Position numbers and translations under genes: made by a program
The notes under the pieces: generated by a model
Database searches by the model: none
Told to the model about the DNA's origin: nothing
Seen by the model: only the letters and a program-made list of their open reading frames with translations
Source: an uncultured delta proteobacterium
GTDB lineage: Bacteria > Desulfobacterota > Syntrophia > Syntrophales > UBA2185
Length of the DNA: 64,000 nucleotides
Reading direction: 5' to 3'
NCBI GenBank assembly: GCA_963729715.1
Contig: CAVSPA010000004.1
Span: 352,001 to 416,000, forward strand
Part shown: positions 52,716-62,722 of the stretch, piece by piece
How the letters are laid out: every line of letters starts with the position of its first letter
Position numbering within the stretch: position 1 is the stretch's first letter

Positions 52716-54230
52716 CTATGAATAGAACTTGTCATAAGCAGCTGCTATGGCATGTGCCGGTGGACTCTTCTTATAATCCGCGACAGCCGTCGCATCGTTC
52801 TGCTCGGCGATGGCCTGCTTAATCGCGTTGAAATCAATATCGACTCCCGTGAAATTTGTTACGGCAATGAAGATTTTGCGGGCTGTATCCTTGTCGATCC
52901 ACTCCTGGTTCTCGGCAGTCATGAGTGCCGTGGCAACAGACTGTACCAGGGTTCCGAGTTTGCCGACGTCCTTTGTCTCCATTTGAGGCGTCAGGATGGA
53001 GTAATTATCTGCGTCTTCATTAGACACGTTGATATATCGGGTCAGCCGGGATTGTCTGATCTGATATTTGAACATGTCTTCGAGTATGTACTTCACCTCG
53101 AGCTGCTTCGTGCCGAGCATCTTTAGCGCCGGCGCTGCCATTTCCTCCGCCGTGGCGCGGTTCACGTCTCCACCGCCGCCATACCAGTGCTCCGGATATC
53201 CAAAACGTCCCATGATGTGGTTACGGAAGATCCTGGCGCCCGTCTCCGCATCTATTGCCTGCAGTTTTGGGCTTTCTGCCGTGAGTGTGACTTTTTCATT
53301 GTGTCCGAACACCGATCCAGATTTTTTCGTGAACGCTTCGAGGTGTTTTTTAATCTCCTTCTCGTCTGCGCCCTGTACCTGGAGGTCCCAGATGAAACTA
53401 TTGAGGAGCGGCCACATGTCCGCATAATCAAAAAGGTACTGTTCATAGGCGTCAAGCCAGTCGGCTACGAACAGAAGGGATGATCTCCCTCGAGGAGAAT
53501 TTGATACGTTGTTAATGGACCAATAGAAACAATCGCCGTCTGTGAACTGGTCTCGGAGTTGCTTTGCTACTGGAGAAAGGACATAGTCGGCTTCTTCGGG
53601 AAGGATCGTCCGGTAATTTTTTGCCTCCGTCGAGACGTTGAATCCTGCTATCTCTCCGATCCATCCCTTTGTCTGCACGCCGATGGGAACTTTTACGTTC
53701 TCCGGGTCCGTCATCACACCCTTGATCTGCGCGGGATCTATATAACCGAGCCGTACTCTCCCGGTCTGTGCCGCCACAAATGTGGGGAAACACAACTCGC
53801 CGAATGTGTGGAGCTCGCCCACGTGTTTCGGGAAATAAAGAGGCAACCTGTTTATCGGGTCATTCCAGAAACCATCGAGCACCGTCTTAATGTCGGGATT
53901 TTTCGCCTCGTAAGGGAGCCCCTCGGCGAGAATAAAAGCCGTGGTGATATCGATAAGCCATCCGGCAAGCGGATTCGTCTCCCGCAGCCAGTAGGCGATC
54001 TCGATCATGCGGTCCTGGAGGACAGGCACGAGATCTCGATTCGGAGTCGTGGTAAGACGCCGCCAGACGGTACCGTCCGGATCGGCGACCGGTGCCATCA
54101 GGGTATCTGAGTAAGAGGCTGCTTTGATCTCCGCGACCTGCTTGTCTACTGCGGCCTGCATCTTCTGGTCGACTCTGCGTTGGATCTCGCCGCTGAACAT
54201 CTTCTCGCGCAGTTTAGTTAAAATGCTCAT
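52716..54230 (-). CDS. Phage portal protein-like
   Basis: 504 aa; NPLAGWLID...ILAEG, GRVRLGYIDP, PRGRSSL, GYPEHWYG.GGDVNRATA resemble portal proteins; GGAGG RBS; next to the capsid gene. Confidence 0.65.
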   Translation of the reverse strand: MSILTKLREKMFSGEIQRRVDQKMQAAVDKQVAEIKAASYSDTLMAPVADPDGTVWRRLTTTPNRDLVPVLQDRMIEIAYWLRETNPLAGWLIDITTAFILAEGLPYEAKNPDIKTVLDGFWNDPINRLPLYFPKHVGELHTFGELCFPTFVAAQTGRVRLGYIDPAQIKGVMTDPENVKVPIGVQTKGWIGEIAGFNVSTEAKNYRTILPEEADYVLSPVAKQLRDQFTDGDCFYWSINNVSNSPRGRSSLLFVADWLDAYEQYLFDYADMWPLLNSFIWDLQVQGADEKEIKKHLEAFTKKSGSVFGHNEKVTLTAESPKLQAIDAETGARIFRNHIMGRFGYPEHWYGGGGDVNRATAEEMAAPALKMLGTKQLEVKYILEDMFKYQIRQSRLTRYINVSNEDADNYSILTPQMETKDVGKLGTLVQSVATALMTAENQEWIDKDTARKIFIAVTNFTGVDIDFNAIKQAIAEQNDATAVADYKKSPPAHAIAAAYDKFYS

Positions 54231-54310
54231 GCCATCCTCCCATTTTTTTTCTTAAGGTCATCGCATAAAATACTGTTCATCATTCAACGAATCCTATTGC
54301 ATAGATATTA

Positions 54311-55474
54311 TCAGGGAACGATGGCCTTATAACCGCCATTAGGATCGATGATGCTGCCTCCATAAGTGTGAATGCATTTGTATGCATAATAATCCGCCTT
54401 CCAAGCAAGATCGCTCTCGGTCGAGTAGATAAACACGGGCTCCTCATTGCCGTCCAAATATGACATTTCGATAATGGGAACCTCGTGCGGATCACGCAAA
54501 ACCCCCCAGTCATTTGGGTCAGTCATGAATGGACATGTGATGATTCTTTCGTTATTTTCGCCAAAAAGTTCACAGCAGGGATTTGTAACCTTGGTCGTAA
54601 GATCATTGCCCGTGAAAGTATATTCATTCTGATTCACCTTCACGGCGGTATCCCACATATTCGCTGGGACAACTAGAGACCAATTCAACGATGCGAGGTC
54701 GAACTCGATCTTCTCGCCTGAGCCCGGCTCCGTCATGCCTGCAAGAGCAGTAATTGCTGCCGTGAGAGGCGCTATATCGAGTGCAGTACTCCCAAGATTT
54801 CCGTGAGGGCTGGTGAACCATGCGTTGCCATCCATGCAGCTGCTATTGCCTATGAAGAAATTCCATACAAATTTGGCATGAGTTCTGCGGGCTGCGCGGC
54901 CGATTTTATCCAGCATCTGCTTTATTATTCCGATGTGGTCATTCACAAAGACCCTTCGGGATATCATAAGCAGCCCGCCGCGCTGTTTGCTATCGTACTG
55001 CACCTCTGTATCTTTGACGATATTTAATTGAGGCCAATCAGTCGTTTCTGGATCCACGATATCAAGGTCATTAAAATAATCATACTGAACAGCGTGGACG
55101 GTGCGGAAGTCCTTGACCGGCCTTTTTAGAGATATCAAAGCTTCCTCTCGATATGTGAATTGTCTATAGACATTTGAAAGATATAACGACAACACATCCT
55201 GGAGAGCATACGTAAAAGTAGCCGTATTGAAACTTGCTCTCAGAGTTACCGGCAAATTGTCAGGGAAAAAGAGGCCCATAAATTTGTTGTCTCCGGTAAA
55301 ATGCAGATAAGCCTCTCTGATTCCCCGGAATGCGGGCACTCCCTTGCTGTCATAATTGGGCAAAAAGAGTTTGGCGAACGCTGCCCGGCTCTTATCCACT
55401 TCATTCTCTCCCACCTCGATCATATTTCCAGTTATCGATCGTTCAATGTCCTTTAATAATTTTAATCTGTTCAT
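54311..55474 (-). CDS. Major capsid protein (Mu gpT-like, HK97 fold)
   Basis: VKDFRT, GGLLMISRRVFVNDHIG...IGRAARRT, DGNAWFTSPHGNL, LVVP, YLDGNEEP motifs. Confidence 0.75.
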   Translation of the reverse strand: MNRLKLLKDIERSITGNMIEVGENEVDKSRAAFAKLFLPNYDSKGVPAFRGIREAYLHFTGDNKFMGLFFPDNLPVTLRASFNTATFTYALQDVLSLYLSNVYRQFTYREEALISLKRPVKDFRTVHAVQYDYFNDLDIVDPETTDWPQLNIVKDTEVQYDSKQRGGLLMISRRVFVNDHIGIIKQMLDKIGRAARRTHAKFVWNFFIGNSSCMDGNAWFTSPHGNLGSTALDIAPLTAAITALAGMTEPGSGEKIEFDLASLNWSLVVPANMWDTAVKVNQNEYTFTGNDLTTKVTNPCCELFGENNERIITCPFMTDPNDWGVLRDPHEVPIIEMSYLDGNEEPVFIYSTESDLAWKADYYAYKCIHTYGGSIIDPNGGYKAIVP

Positions 55475-55540
55475 CGCTCTCGCTCCTTTTTTATTTTTTT
55501 ATTCGACTATTGTGAAGGAATGCTGCGTTGCCCATGTCCC

Positions 55541-55639
55541 TTACCTTCCGATCTGTCGCCTGTGTAATTCATCCAGTTTGTTGGATATTTTTTTTGTGAA
55601 GTCATTCATCGTCCGCGCATCTCCGATTACGTTGCCCAT
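55541..55639 (-). CDS. Unannotated 32-aa ORF resembling the tape-measure C-terminus
   Basis: MGNVIGDARTMNDFTKKISNKLDELHRRQIGR starts 1 nt after the tape-measure stop. Confidence 0.4.
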   Translation of the reverse strand: MGNVIGDARTMNDFTKKISNKLDELHRRQIGR

Positions 55640-55640
55640 C

Positions 55641-58043
55641 TCAGTGGCCCCACTGTTCAAGTTTCTTCGTATATGGATAAATTAGGGTCGCAATATCTTT
55701 TGCGGCCTGTTTTTCCTGAATGACCGTTCCGTGATAGTGGATGTGGATAGCCGATCCACTGCCCTTGTCATAGGCTGCCGTCTGCGCCCTATTAAGCACA
55801 CGTTCACCGCTCTGCAAAATTGCCGGGAACTCATCCGGCGCGAGTCCGGAATGCAGCCGAGGAGCGCCTGCGAAGGCCACGGATGGCATCATCCGCGTGG
55901 GTGCATAGTCCGAGCCGACGACGCCGCCAGAATGAAAGAGAGAGCTAACCGCATCCCAGGCGGAACTGACAGCATTCGTCACTCCACCTACGACAGTGCT
56001 TCCGGCGCTCTTCAGGAAATCCATGCCGTGACCGCCCGTTAGTGAATCAGCGAGTAGCAGCGCCTGCGAAACACCCGTGGGATCAGGATCCTCTCCTAGT
56101 GCAGACAGTTCTCCCACGTCCCACATTGCCTGAATGTCTCCGGTGTCGGCCAGTTGAGTCAGCGACTCAAGACTTGCATCTGCGTTGGGGCCGCTACTCC
56201 CAAAGAGACCGCTTAGACTCCCCAGAAGTCCGGATCCCGTCAGTCCCATGTTACCGGCCTGACTCGCGGTCGACCCGCCACTGCCTCCCATGCCCGGCAG
56301 ACTTATGCCCATCATTTCTGCGGCCTGGAATGTGGCCCACTGCACCGCCATCTGAGCAACGACATCGGTAAACTTCTTCAGCATCGCATCGGTGAACGTG
56401 GTCCAGTAAGTGCTGAAACCCTGCAACTGGCCTTTCCATCCATCGAAAAGGACCGTGCTCAAGGTACTTGAGGCGTTCGACGAGAACGCCGTGACACCAT
56501 CGGTCATGGCCTTTCCGGTTGTCATCCAGCTCGCCTGCATTTGATAAAGCCCCTGACGCCAACCGCCGACGAAAGTGTCATTGTATTCCTGGATCATGTC
56601 CTTGAGCCGGTTAATTTCGTCGTCCTCGACGATCTTTCCCGTGAGCATCTCGTATTGTGCGATATCGTCAATGGCAGCCGTCTGCGCCGCGAACTTCTGG
56701 TCCTGGACGTCCATATAATTCTGAGCGTTCTTCACAGCCATGTCCTGGAGCCACTCATAATGAGTCAATGCGAGTTGTTGCTGCTTCGCGTAATAGTCTG
56801 CAGTGGCCAGGTTCTTTTGTCTCTCAAGGTCATTCTTCTTAGCGGCGACGTCTGCGTCCAGAGCCTCAATCTTCGCGGCCACCACTGTGGCATCGGAGAC
56901 TTTCTGTCGGTCCATGTCTGTCCTGGCCGCCGCCTCTTTACTGAACATGTCGACCTGATCATCATAGTACTCATCGAGGAGCGCCTCTCTTTCCGAGATG
57001 CTCTCCACTGCGATCGCATAGGTGCTCTGCTGATAGACTTGCGACAAAGCGGCGTTGTATTTGATCCTCGACTCTTCGTCATCGAAATAAGCCTTATTGG
57101 TTGCCTTGAGAGATTCGATGGCGAGTTTCTGGGCCTCGACCGCGCCGAGTCGCGCCAGGGCGTCGGCGGTCAATGCCTTGGCCAGGGTCGTCGCTTCAGT
57201 GATATTCCAGAGTTTCTGAGCTTCAGCAGTAAGTCTAATTTGTTCATTGAAGTTCTCCGTCGTTTTTGTCGCATCGTTGAGATCCTCACCAACCACCATC
57301 AGGTTGGCTATAAAGTCTACAAGGCACATACCGGCTGTTTCCTTCAGCTCAGTGAGTCGGGCCTTGAAGCCCTGCACCTTCTCGGCCATGTTCTCAGTTT
57401 CCACCCCAAATTGCGCACTCTGCGTCGCCGCATTGGCCATCACTATGTCATAGAGATTGATGTCGGTTATGCCAGCCGACAGCGCCTGCTGGACGATCAT
57501 CATCTGATCTTTCGTGACGAGGCCATATTGCCTGAGCGACCGTGGCATCTGCGTGGAGAGGGCATCGGTGATTGTTTCATAGGCAGTCTGAACGTCTTGC
57601 CCCGTCACACGGGCCGAGACTCTCGCAGTCTCCATGATGTCTGTCAGTTGGTCCGCCGAGAATCCAAGTACCATTCCCTTGACGGCTTTCTGCATTATCG
57701 ATGTTTCATCAACAGTTCCAGCTGAGGCACGCTTCATGGAGCTGAGGAGCTGGTCAGCACTTACGTTTGCAGACTCCGCCACGATGCCGAAGGAATCTGC
57801 TGCCTGGAGCGCCTTTGCGCCCATCTCCGACCACTGAATGGTCTTTTCCATAGTGACCCAGGCGGCGGCGACCCCGGCAGTCATCTGGACCCACTTGTTA
57901 CTGAAGAAACTCATCGAGTCAGACGAAGATGCGGCCGACTGGCTCACCTGCCCCATCGACTGCTTCACATTATCGACAAACTGCTGGACGACAGCAGTGC
58001 CTTTATCGTCGACGGAGATTTCGATTTTCAGTTGACTGGCCAT
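55641..58043 (-). CDS. Tail tape measure-like protein
   Basis: 800 aa, Ala-rich and helical; lambda-type C-terminal region GGWRQGL and FHSGGVVG...AGAPRLHSGLAPDEFPAILQSGERVL. Confidence 0.78.
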   Translation of the reverse strand: MASQLKIEISVDDKGTAVVQQFVDNVKQSMGQVSQSAASSSDSMSFFSNKWVQMTAGVAAAWVTMEKTIQWSEMGAKALQAADSFGIVAESANVSADQLLSSMKRASAGTVDETSIMQKAVKGMVLGFSADQLTDIMETARVSARVTGQDVQTAYETITDALSTQMPRSLRQYGLVTKDQMMIVQQALSAGITDINLYDIVMANAATQSAQFGVETENMAEKVQGFKARLTELKETAGMCLVDFIANLMVVGEDLNDATKTTENFNEQIRLTAEAQKLWNITEATTLAKALTADALARLGAVEAQKLAIESLKATNKAYFDDEESRIKYNAALSQVYQQSTYAIAVESISEREALLDEYYDDQVDMFSKEAAARTDMDRQKVSDATVVAAKIEALDADVAAKKNDLERQKNLATADYYAKQQQLALTHYEWLQDMAVKNAQNYMDVQDQKFAAQTAAIDDIAQYEMLTGKIVEDDEINRLKDMIQEYNDTFVGGWRQGLYQMQASWMTTGKAMTDGVTAFSSNASSTLSTVLFDGWKGQLQGFSTYWTTFTDAMLKKFTDVVAQMAVQWATFQAAEMMGISLPGMGGSGGSTASQAGNMGLTGSGLLGSLSGLFGSSGPNADASLESLTQLADTGDIQAMWDVGELSALGEDPDPTGVSQALLLADSLTGGHGMDFLKSAGSTVVGGVTNAVSSAWDAVSSLFHSGGVVGSDYAPTRMMPSVAFAGAPRLHSGLAPDEFPAILQSGERVLNRAQTAAYDKGSGSAIHIHYHGTVIQEKQAAKDIATLIYPYTKKLEQWGH

Positions 58044-58073
58044 GATTCTATTCCTCTACAGTAATAAGATTTT

Positions 58074-58334
58074 TTAATGCAGTGTCATACTTTCATTTCG
58101 AACCGCGCCGGTCGCCTCATGCGGCTTCCGACGACTCTCCCGCCTTTGATGTATCTGCTTGCCAATGGCAACAAGAGCATCCTGCAGGCTGAAAGACCCG
58201 CTTTTGATTAGAAGCATTAAGGTGATTTCAAATTCACGCTGCGACATGACCTGCGCAGCCTTTTTGCAATATTTGGTGACAACAACAGTTCCTTTATCGT
58301 CGATGGTTGCTCTTATTTTTATTTTTCCGAACAT
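58074..58334 (-). CDS. 86-aa protein whose N-terminus resembles the tape-measure N-terminus
   Basis: IKIRATIDDKGTVVV versus LKIEISVDDKGTAVV. Confidence 0.55.
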   Translation of the reverse strand: MFGKIKIRATIDDKGTVVVTKYCKKAAQVMSQREFEITLMLLIKSGSFSLQDALVAIGKQIHQRRESRRKPHEATGAVRNESMTLH

Positions 58335-58371
58335 GTCGCTTCACTCGTCCCGGATCGCAGTCTTTAATATT

Positions 58372-58403
58372 AAAAAAGGGGCCGCGCCGATCTGCACAAC
58401 CCC
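58372..58403 (-). terminator. Intrinsic terminator between the early and structural modules
   Basis: Minus strand GGGGTTGTGC-AGATCG-GCGCGGCCCC (with G-U pairs) followed by TTTTTT. Confidence 0.7.
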
Positions 58404-58494
58404 CTCATGGTTGCCCTCATTATGTTTGCCCTGGCAGGGCGGTGAGGGTATCCGCCTTTTCGGTAGCTGGCCTAGCCAGGACGCCCTTTATCCT

Positions 58495-58974
58495 TCAACC
58501 CGCAGCTGATGCTGCGGTGGAAGTCTTCTCCTTCTTCCCGGTGATCTCCTTTGCCAAAGCTTCAAACCGGTTTGTTAAGTCGATGATAGGCATCGCCATA
58601 TTGTGCCTGAGTTCCAAAAGCTCCTGCAGCTTCGCATTGATAACGAGCAGGTCCTCTGGCCGCTTGTGCGGACTGAGAAATTTATACGTGTCTTCGTATT
58701 CGTCCACGATGAAACTTGTAATTGCTTCACGATCATTAATATCAAAAAAAGGCATGCACATTATCTCGATTGCTTGCGCGTAATCCTGGATTATATAACC
58801 CAGTTCCTCGCCGAAACGTGCCAGGCCTTCACCTGCGTCGTTGCCCCTTCCGGCCTTGCAACAGAGTGTCACGAGCGTATCTCCAAGGGCATTCAATTTT
58901 CTCGCATAATGTGTAACGTCCTCAACGGCACCTTCGTCGCTTCTAAACGGCTGTCTTTTTTCTTCCCTCTCCAT
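58495..58974 (-). CDS. Hypothetical protein
   Basis: 159-aa ORF with GGAGG RBS in the early operon. Confidence 0.65.
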   Translation of the reverse strand: MEREEKRQPFRSDEGAVEDVTHYARKLNALGDTLVTLCCKAGRGNDAGEGLARFGEELGYIIQDYAQAIEIMCMPFFDINDREAITSFIVDEYEDTYKFLSPHKRPEDLLVINAKLQELLELRHNMAMPIIDLTNRFEALAKEITGKKEKTSTAASAAG

Positions 58975-58986
58975 AACGCACCTCCC

Positions 58987-59466
58987 TCATGATTTCTGGT
59001 GGCCCTCCTCAACGGCCCTGCCTATTGATTCTTTGATCACCATGTGTTTCAAGGCTAAAATTATTTTGATCCCCTCTTCTTTAGTTCCCGGTTTCACCTT
59101 GCCGATGATTTTTTTCGAGAAGCCCATAAGCCTTTTCGGATTGTCCTGCCAGCCGAGTTTTTCCTCCATATATCTGATAAAATTCGTCTGCTCCGGCGTT
59201 ATAATTTCGAGTACATTCTTCGGGAGATCCCGCGCCGGTTTCCTCACCTTTTTGATCTTTGCCCCTGCCTCAGCGAACTTCTTAACCACTTCGTGAACGT
59301 CGTCCAGCATGAGCTCCTTGATCGAATCCTTTCCAGTACACCCCTTCACCATTTCATGAAGTCCGTCATCATCCAGGCCCAGCTGCCGGGCTAAGGCCCA
59401 GATCATTCTGATCTGCTTCTCTGAAATCACGGCAATCCCTCTCTTGCCTGCCGACATTTCCCTCAT
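58987..59466 (-). CDS. Mu gp16/GemA (DUF1018) family regulatory protein
   Basis: QIRMIWALARQLGLDDD....TGKDSIKEL; C-terminal IILALKHM. Confidence 0.75.
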   Translation of the reverse strand: MREMSAGKRGIAVISEKQIRMIWALARQLGLDDDGLHEMVKGCTGKDSIKELMLDDVHEVVKKFAEAGAKIKKVRKPARDLPKNVLEIITPEQTNFIRYMEEKLGWQDNPKRLMGFSKKIIGKVKPGTKEEGIKIILALKHMVIKESIGRAVEEGHQKS

Positions 59467-59795
59467 TCACCTCCCTCCGCCTTTAATATCTTTAGAAGCC
59501 GCACATAGAAGGCATCACACGCCTTCCGCAGTTTCTTCTCATCAATCGGCTGTATGCGCTTGATGAACCGTGGTCGCACATTCCTACCTGTCTGGCCTAT
59601 TCTGTGAGTAGAACTTCTTTTGAGGCCGGTTAGCCGTGCCAGGACATCGCAACCAACTCCCCTCTGGGCAAGAATGTGGATCAAAGCGTCGCGTTCCGCC
59701 CGATAAGGATTGTCCTTTTTGAGGGTCTCTAATTGCCGTGGCGTCAGTTCATTTAAGAGCTTCTTATACTCTGATGGATATCTTTTCCCGCCCAT
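59463..59795 (-). CDS. Small HTH protein, Mor/C activator-like
   Basis: ERDALI...GVGCDVLARLTGLKRSSTHRI resembles the Mor C-terminal HTH; adjacent to gemA. Confidence 0.45.
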   Translation of the reverse strand: MGGKRYPSEYKKLLNELTPRQLETLKKDNPYRAERDALIHILAQRGVGCDVLARLTGLKRSSTHRIGQTGRNVRPRFIKRIQPIDEKKLRKACDAFYVRLLKILKAEGGE

Positions 59796-59818
59796 GCCAA
59801 AGCCACCTCTTAAAGCAT

Positions 59819-60784
59819 CTACATCTGGTTGATCTCGCGCAGCAGTTCGAGCGTGACCTGTCTATTTTCGGCCACGGCGACCCGAAGCGTTTTTTTCAAG
59901 AGTTTGACCATTGAACGGAGCCGACCCACGCTATTAGCCTTGTACAGCAAGAATTCGAGAGCCTTCCGCTCAATCCCTCCGGGAATGATACTATCAACCA
60001 ACATGGAAACGTCCGTTGTCGTAACATCACGCTTGATATGGCATCTGACGCCGATCCTGGAGAGAATCTGGTCAAATAAAACAGCTCTGCGGCCGCCCCG
60101 CATCTGTTGATACAAACTTTCCTGACCCATCAATACAACTCCAATCCCTGTAGCATCATATATTCGTCTCACCGCCTCAATGCTTTCCCAAGAAAGAAAA
60201 TGTGCTTCATCGAGAATCAAAAGTCGGCGGCTGCCGGATAAGCGGTCAATGATGCGCTGCATGAAGACATGGCTCGTCGCGTCATACCGAGAGACGCCGG
60301 GTAGCCCCTGAGAAATCAACAGCAGTGTGGACCCGGGCGCTCGCGTCGTTATATCTGCAGTCCTGAGAAGCGTATCCGGATGGTTTCTCTTGTAATGCCG
60401 CCCTACCTCTGTTTTCCCGCTTCCTGCCGGTGCGACGACAACCCCCATATCGCCGTCTTCATGACAGCATTTCAGGACACCCAATATCTGCTTCGCGGTG
60501 TCGGTGAGGCAGAAGCCAGAGGATACAAAAGCAACTCCATTGCGTTCTTCGCGGTCGAGAAACATTGCGACGGATCTTTCTAATCCGGTGTAATCGTACC
60601 CAGCCTCCCCTTTACGATATGCCTCCAGCAGTGTCGGCGAGATAGAATTTTTAGCGGCAAAACCCTGCCCCGTCATGTCAGTATAGTCCACGTATTTCTG
60701 AATGCGTTCCTGTAAAGTCGGAGCACTCATGCTTTGCACGGTCTCTTTAGTCTTCCTTGAAATTTGTTTCAGAGTTGCCTGCAT
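59819..60784 (-). CDS. MuB-like AAA+ transposition ATPase
   Basis: APAGSGKT Walker A, LLILDEAH Walker B, GIGVVLMG, SRIG; follows the transposase. Confidence 0.9.
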   Translation of the reverse strand: MQATLKQISRKTKETVQSMSAPTLQERIQKYVDYTDMTGQGFAAKNSISPTLLEAYRKGEAGYDYTGLERSVAMFLDREERNGVAFVSSGFCLTDTAKQILGVLKCCHEDGDMGVVVAPAGSGKTEVGRHYKRNHPDTLLRTADITTRAPGSTLLLISQGLPGVSRYDATSHVFMQRIIDRLSGSRRLLILDEAHFLSWESIEAVRRIYDATGIGVVLMGQESLYQQMRGGRRAVLFDQILSRIGVRCHIKRDVTTTDVSMLVDSIIPGGIERKALEFLLYKANSVGRLRSMVKLLKKTLRVAVAENRQVTLELLREINQM

Positions 60785-60793
60785 GTTCTCCCC

Positions 60794-62722
60794 CTAAAAA
60801 TCCTCAGGATCATCGTTATATTGTAAAGTCCTCACAGAGCCCATCGCCATTGAACTGGCGCGAAGGTAGCGGTCTAAAATATCCGGCCGCGAGGTAGCAT
60901 TTGCAGTATTTTCCTCAGCCTTATCCGCCTCAAGTGCTTTTGCGGAATCCCGGGCGAGCTTCTCTTTTTTGTGAAATTGTTTGACGTTTGAATCAGCCGG
61001 TTGAATATCGCGCTGGCGAACTTTTTCCTGGTCTTCGATTTGCATCGCCAGCAGCAGCGGATCATCGATGACATCTTCTGCCTCAATAATTTGCTTGCGA
61101 AAATTTTTGATCTTCCTGCGTATCCTGGCAGCGTCCTTAACACTTTGGAGGGTAATTTCTGATCGGTAGTGTGATGGCGTTTCGAGCTTCGCGGCGCAGA
61201 AAACGGCTCCCTTGTAAATGATGGCAGCTCTCGTGATATCGCGTGGATCCCGCCGCACTTCTACCCGCTCTCCTGACAATTTGAAGAGATTGTCGTCCCG
61301 ATACAGGAGGCCCTTTATGGCCACTGACGAATCACGGACGGTCGCCGCATTGACGTCCATCAAGAGAAAATCGAGCAAGTGCTGCGAGGGGATCACTGCC
61401 TGATGATTTTCCCAGAATGAAACAGGAGGTCGCCCGGTTGTGCAATGGGGCAGAGAATTTCTCTCTATTATAAGTTCGTCGACTTTTTTTGAGATTTCTT
61501 CAAAGGTCAGAAGCTTACCGGATTTGATTTCATGATGCAGTTTTTTGGGCCTTGTTTTTATGCTGTGGCCGCGATATCCCGGCCAATCCTTCATCCGGTC
61601 CGTAAACCAGCCAAAATTCGACTCGATCAATTTTTCTCTCGCATTGTAGGGGGCAGCAAAGAATGTTTCAATTCCCAGTTCGACGAGGACGCCGGCAACA
61701 TGATGCGCTCTGTAGTCTCTGCCCAAGTCGATGTAAAATGTCTTGCACGGACCACATTGACTTATCGCATATATGACGGCCTGACCTATGACCAAGGCAT
61801 TCGGCGTCGCTACAAGGATCCACCCAACAAATTTACGGCTCTTCGCCTCCAGAATCGCTACGAGCCAGGGGAACACTGCTTTGCCGCGATAAAGGCAGCA
61901 CACGTCCATCTGTTTACTGTCTCCTACCCAGACCTCATTTAATGAGCATTCATCCCAGTCTCTACGGATGTATGGCGAATATAAACGATCCCACTCCTGC
62001 TTATTACGAACCAAAAGTTGCTGCGCATCTGTCCATTTGCGATCTATATAATCTGCCACTGTACGATAACTCGGGCATCGATATTTGCCATCAAAAGCTT
62101 TGCGAAGGTCCCCGTGGACCTTCCTTACTGGTGGCCCGAGGGGCTGCAAATAGGCATTCTCGATAAATGCTGCCATCTCTCTATTGATGACAGGCTGCTT
62201 CTCTCCATTCCGCCAAGCCGGAACCAGCGCAGGATAACCGCCGCTCTGATAGCCAGTCACGTATCTATCAAGGCTTTTATGACCAATGTTGTGAGACTTC
62301 GCGAATCTCCTTTTTACTTCTGTCAATTTTCTTCCCGGCACATCAGCTCGTATCTTCAACCACTCTCTGGCGAGCGCCATTCGTTTATCAGCTTCTTCGC
62401 GCTGCCAGGGTTTGAGATCAACGTATGTCGCTTTTCTTTCATCGTTTTTTTTAACCGGTGCACCACCTGGATCTGGCTTTGACATGTCTGTTCTTTTTTC
62501 AATGATGGCCATCCGTGCCTCTGCGGGGAGAGACTCAATACCGTATTCCCGCCCACCGCCCTTCCCTTCTCGTTTCCGTGACTGCCAACGTTCCTTCTTT
62601 GCCTTTCTGAGGATAGCACTCTCGGTTGATGGTACACCCGGCAACTCTATCCCTGCCAACTCACGGGCCGTGAAGAAATTCTTCTTCTCTGCAGCATCAA
62701 CTCCGATCTGGTTCATCGGCAA
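60794..62722 (-). CDS. MuA-like DDE transposase
   Basis: N-terminal Mu DNA-binding domain (FTARELAG..LPG...GKGGGREY..SLP); D-D-E candidates WVGD, YIDLG, LIES; C-terminal VRRDPRD. Confidence 0.92.
   Translation of the reverse strand: MPMNQIGVDAAEKKNFFTARELAGIELPGVPSTESAILRKAKKERWQSRKREGKGGGREYGIESLPAEARMAIIEKRTDMSKPDPGGAPVKKNDERKATYVDLKPWQREEADKRMALAREWLKIRADVPGRKLTEVKRRFAKSHNIGHKSLDRYVTGYQSGGYPALVPAWRNGEKQPVINREMAAFIENAYLQPLGPPVRKVHGDLRKAFDGKYRCPSYRTVADYIDRKWTDAQQLLVRNKQEWDRLYSPYIRRDWDECSLNEVWVGDSKQMDVCCLYRGKAVFPWLVAILEAKSRKFVGWILVATPNALVIGQAVIYAISQCGPCKTFYIDLGRDYRAHHVAGVLVELGIETFFAAPYNAREKLIESNFGWFTDRMKDWPGYRGHSIKTRPKKLHHEIKSGKLLTFEEISKKVDELIIERNSLPHCTTGRPPVSFWENHQAVIPSQHLLDFLLMDVNAATVRDSSVAIKGLLYRDDNLFKLSGERVEVRRDPRDITRAAIIYKGAVFCAAKLETPSHYRSEITLQSVKDAARIRRKIKNFRKQIIEAEDVIDDPLLLAMQIEDQEKVRQRDIQPADSNVKQFHKKEKLARDSAKALEADKAEENTANATSRPDILDRYLRASSMAMGSVRTLQYNDDPEDF

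Noticed and set aside
56541..57725. 394-aa plus-strand ORF
   Set aside because: Antisense shadow of the tape-measure gene with no recognisable motifs
59819..62722. Tn7/CAST-type TnsB-TnsC interpretation
   Set aside because: No TniQ, TnsA or Cas gene; the Mu DNA-binding domain, ner, gemA and virion genes point to a Mu-type element
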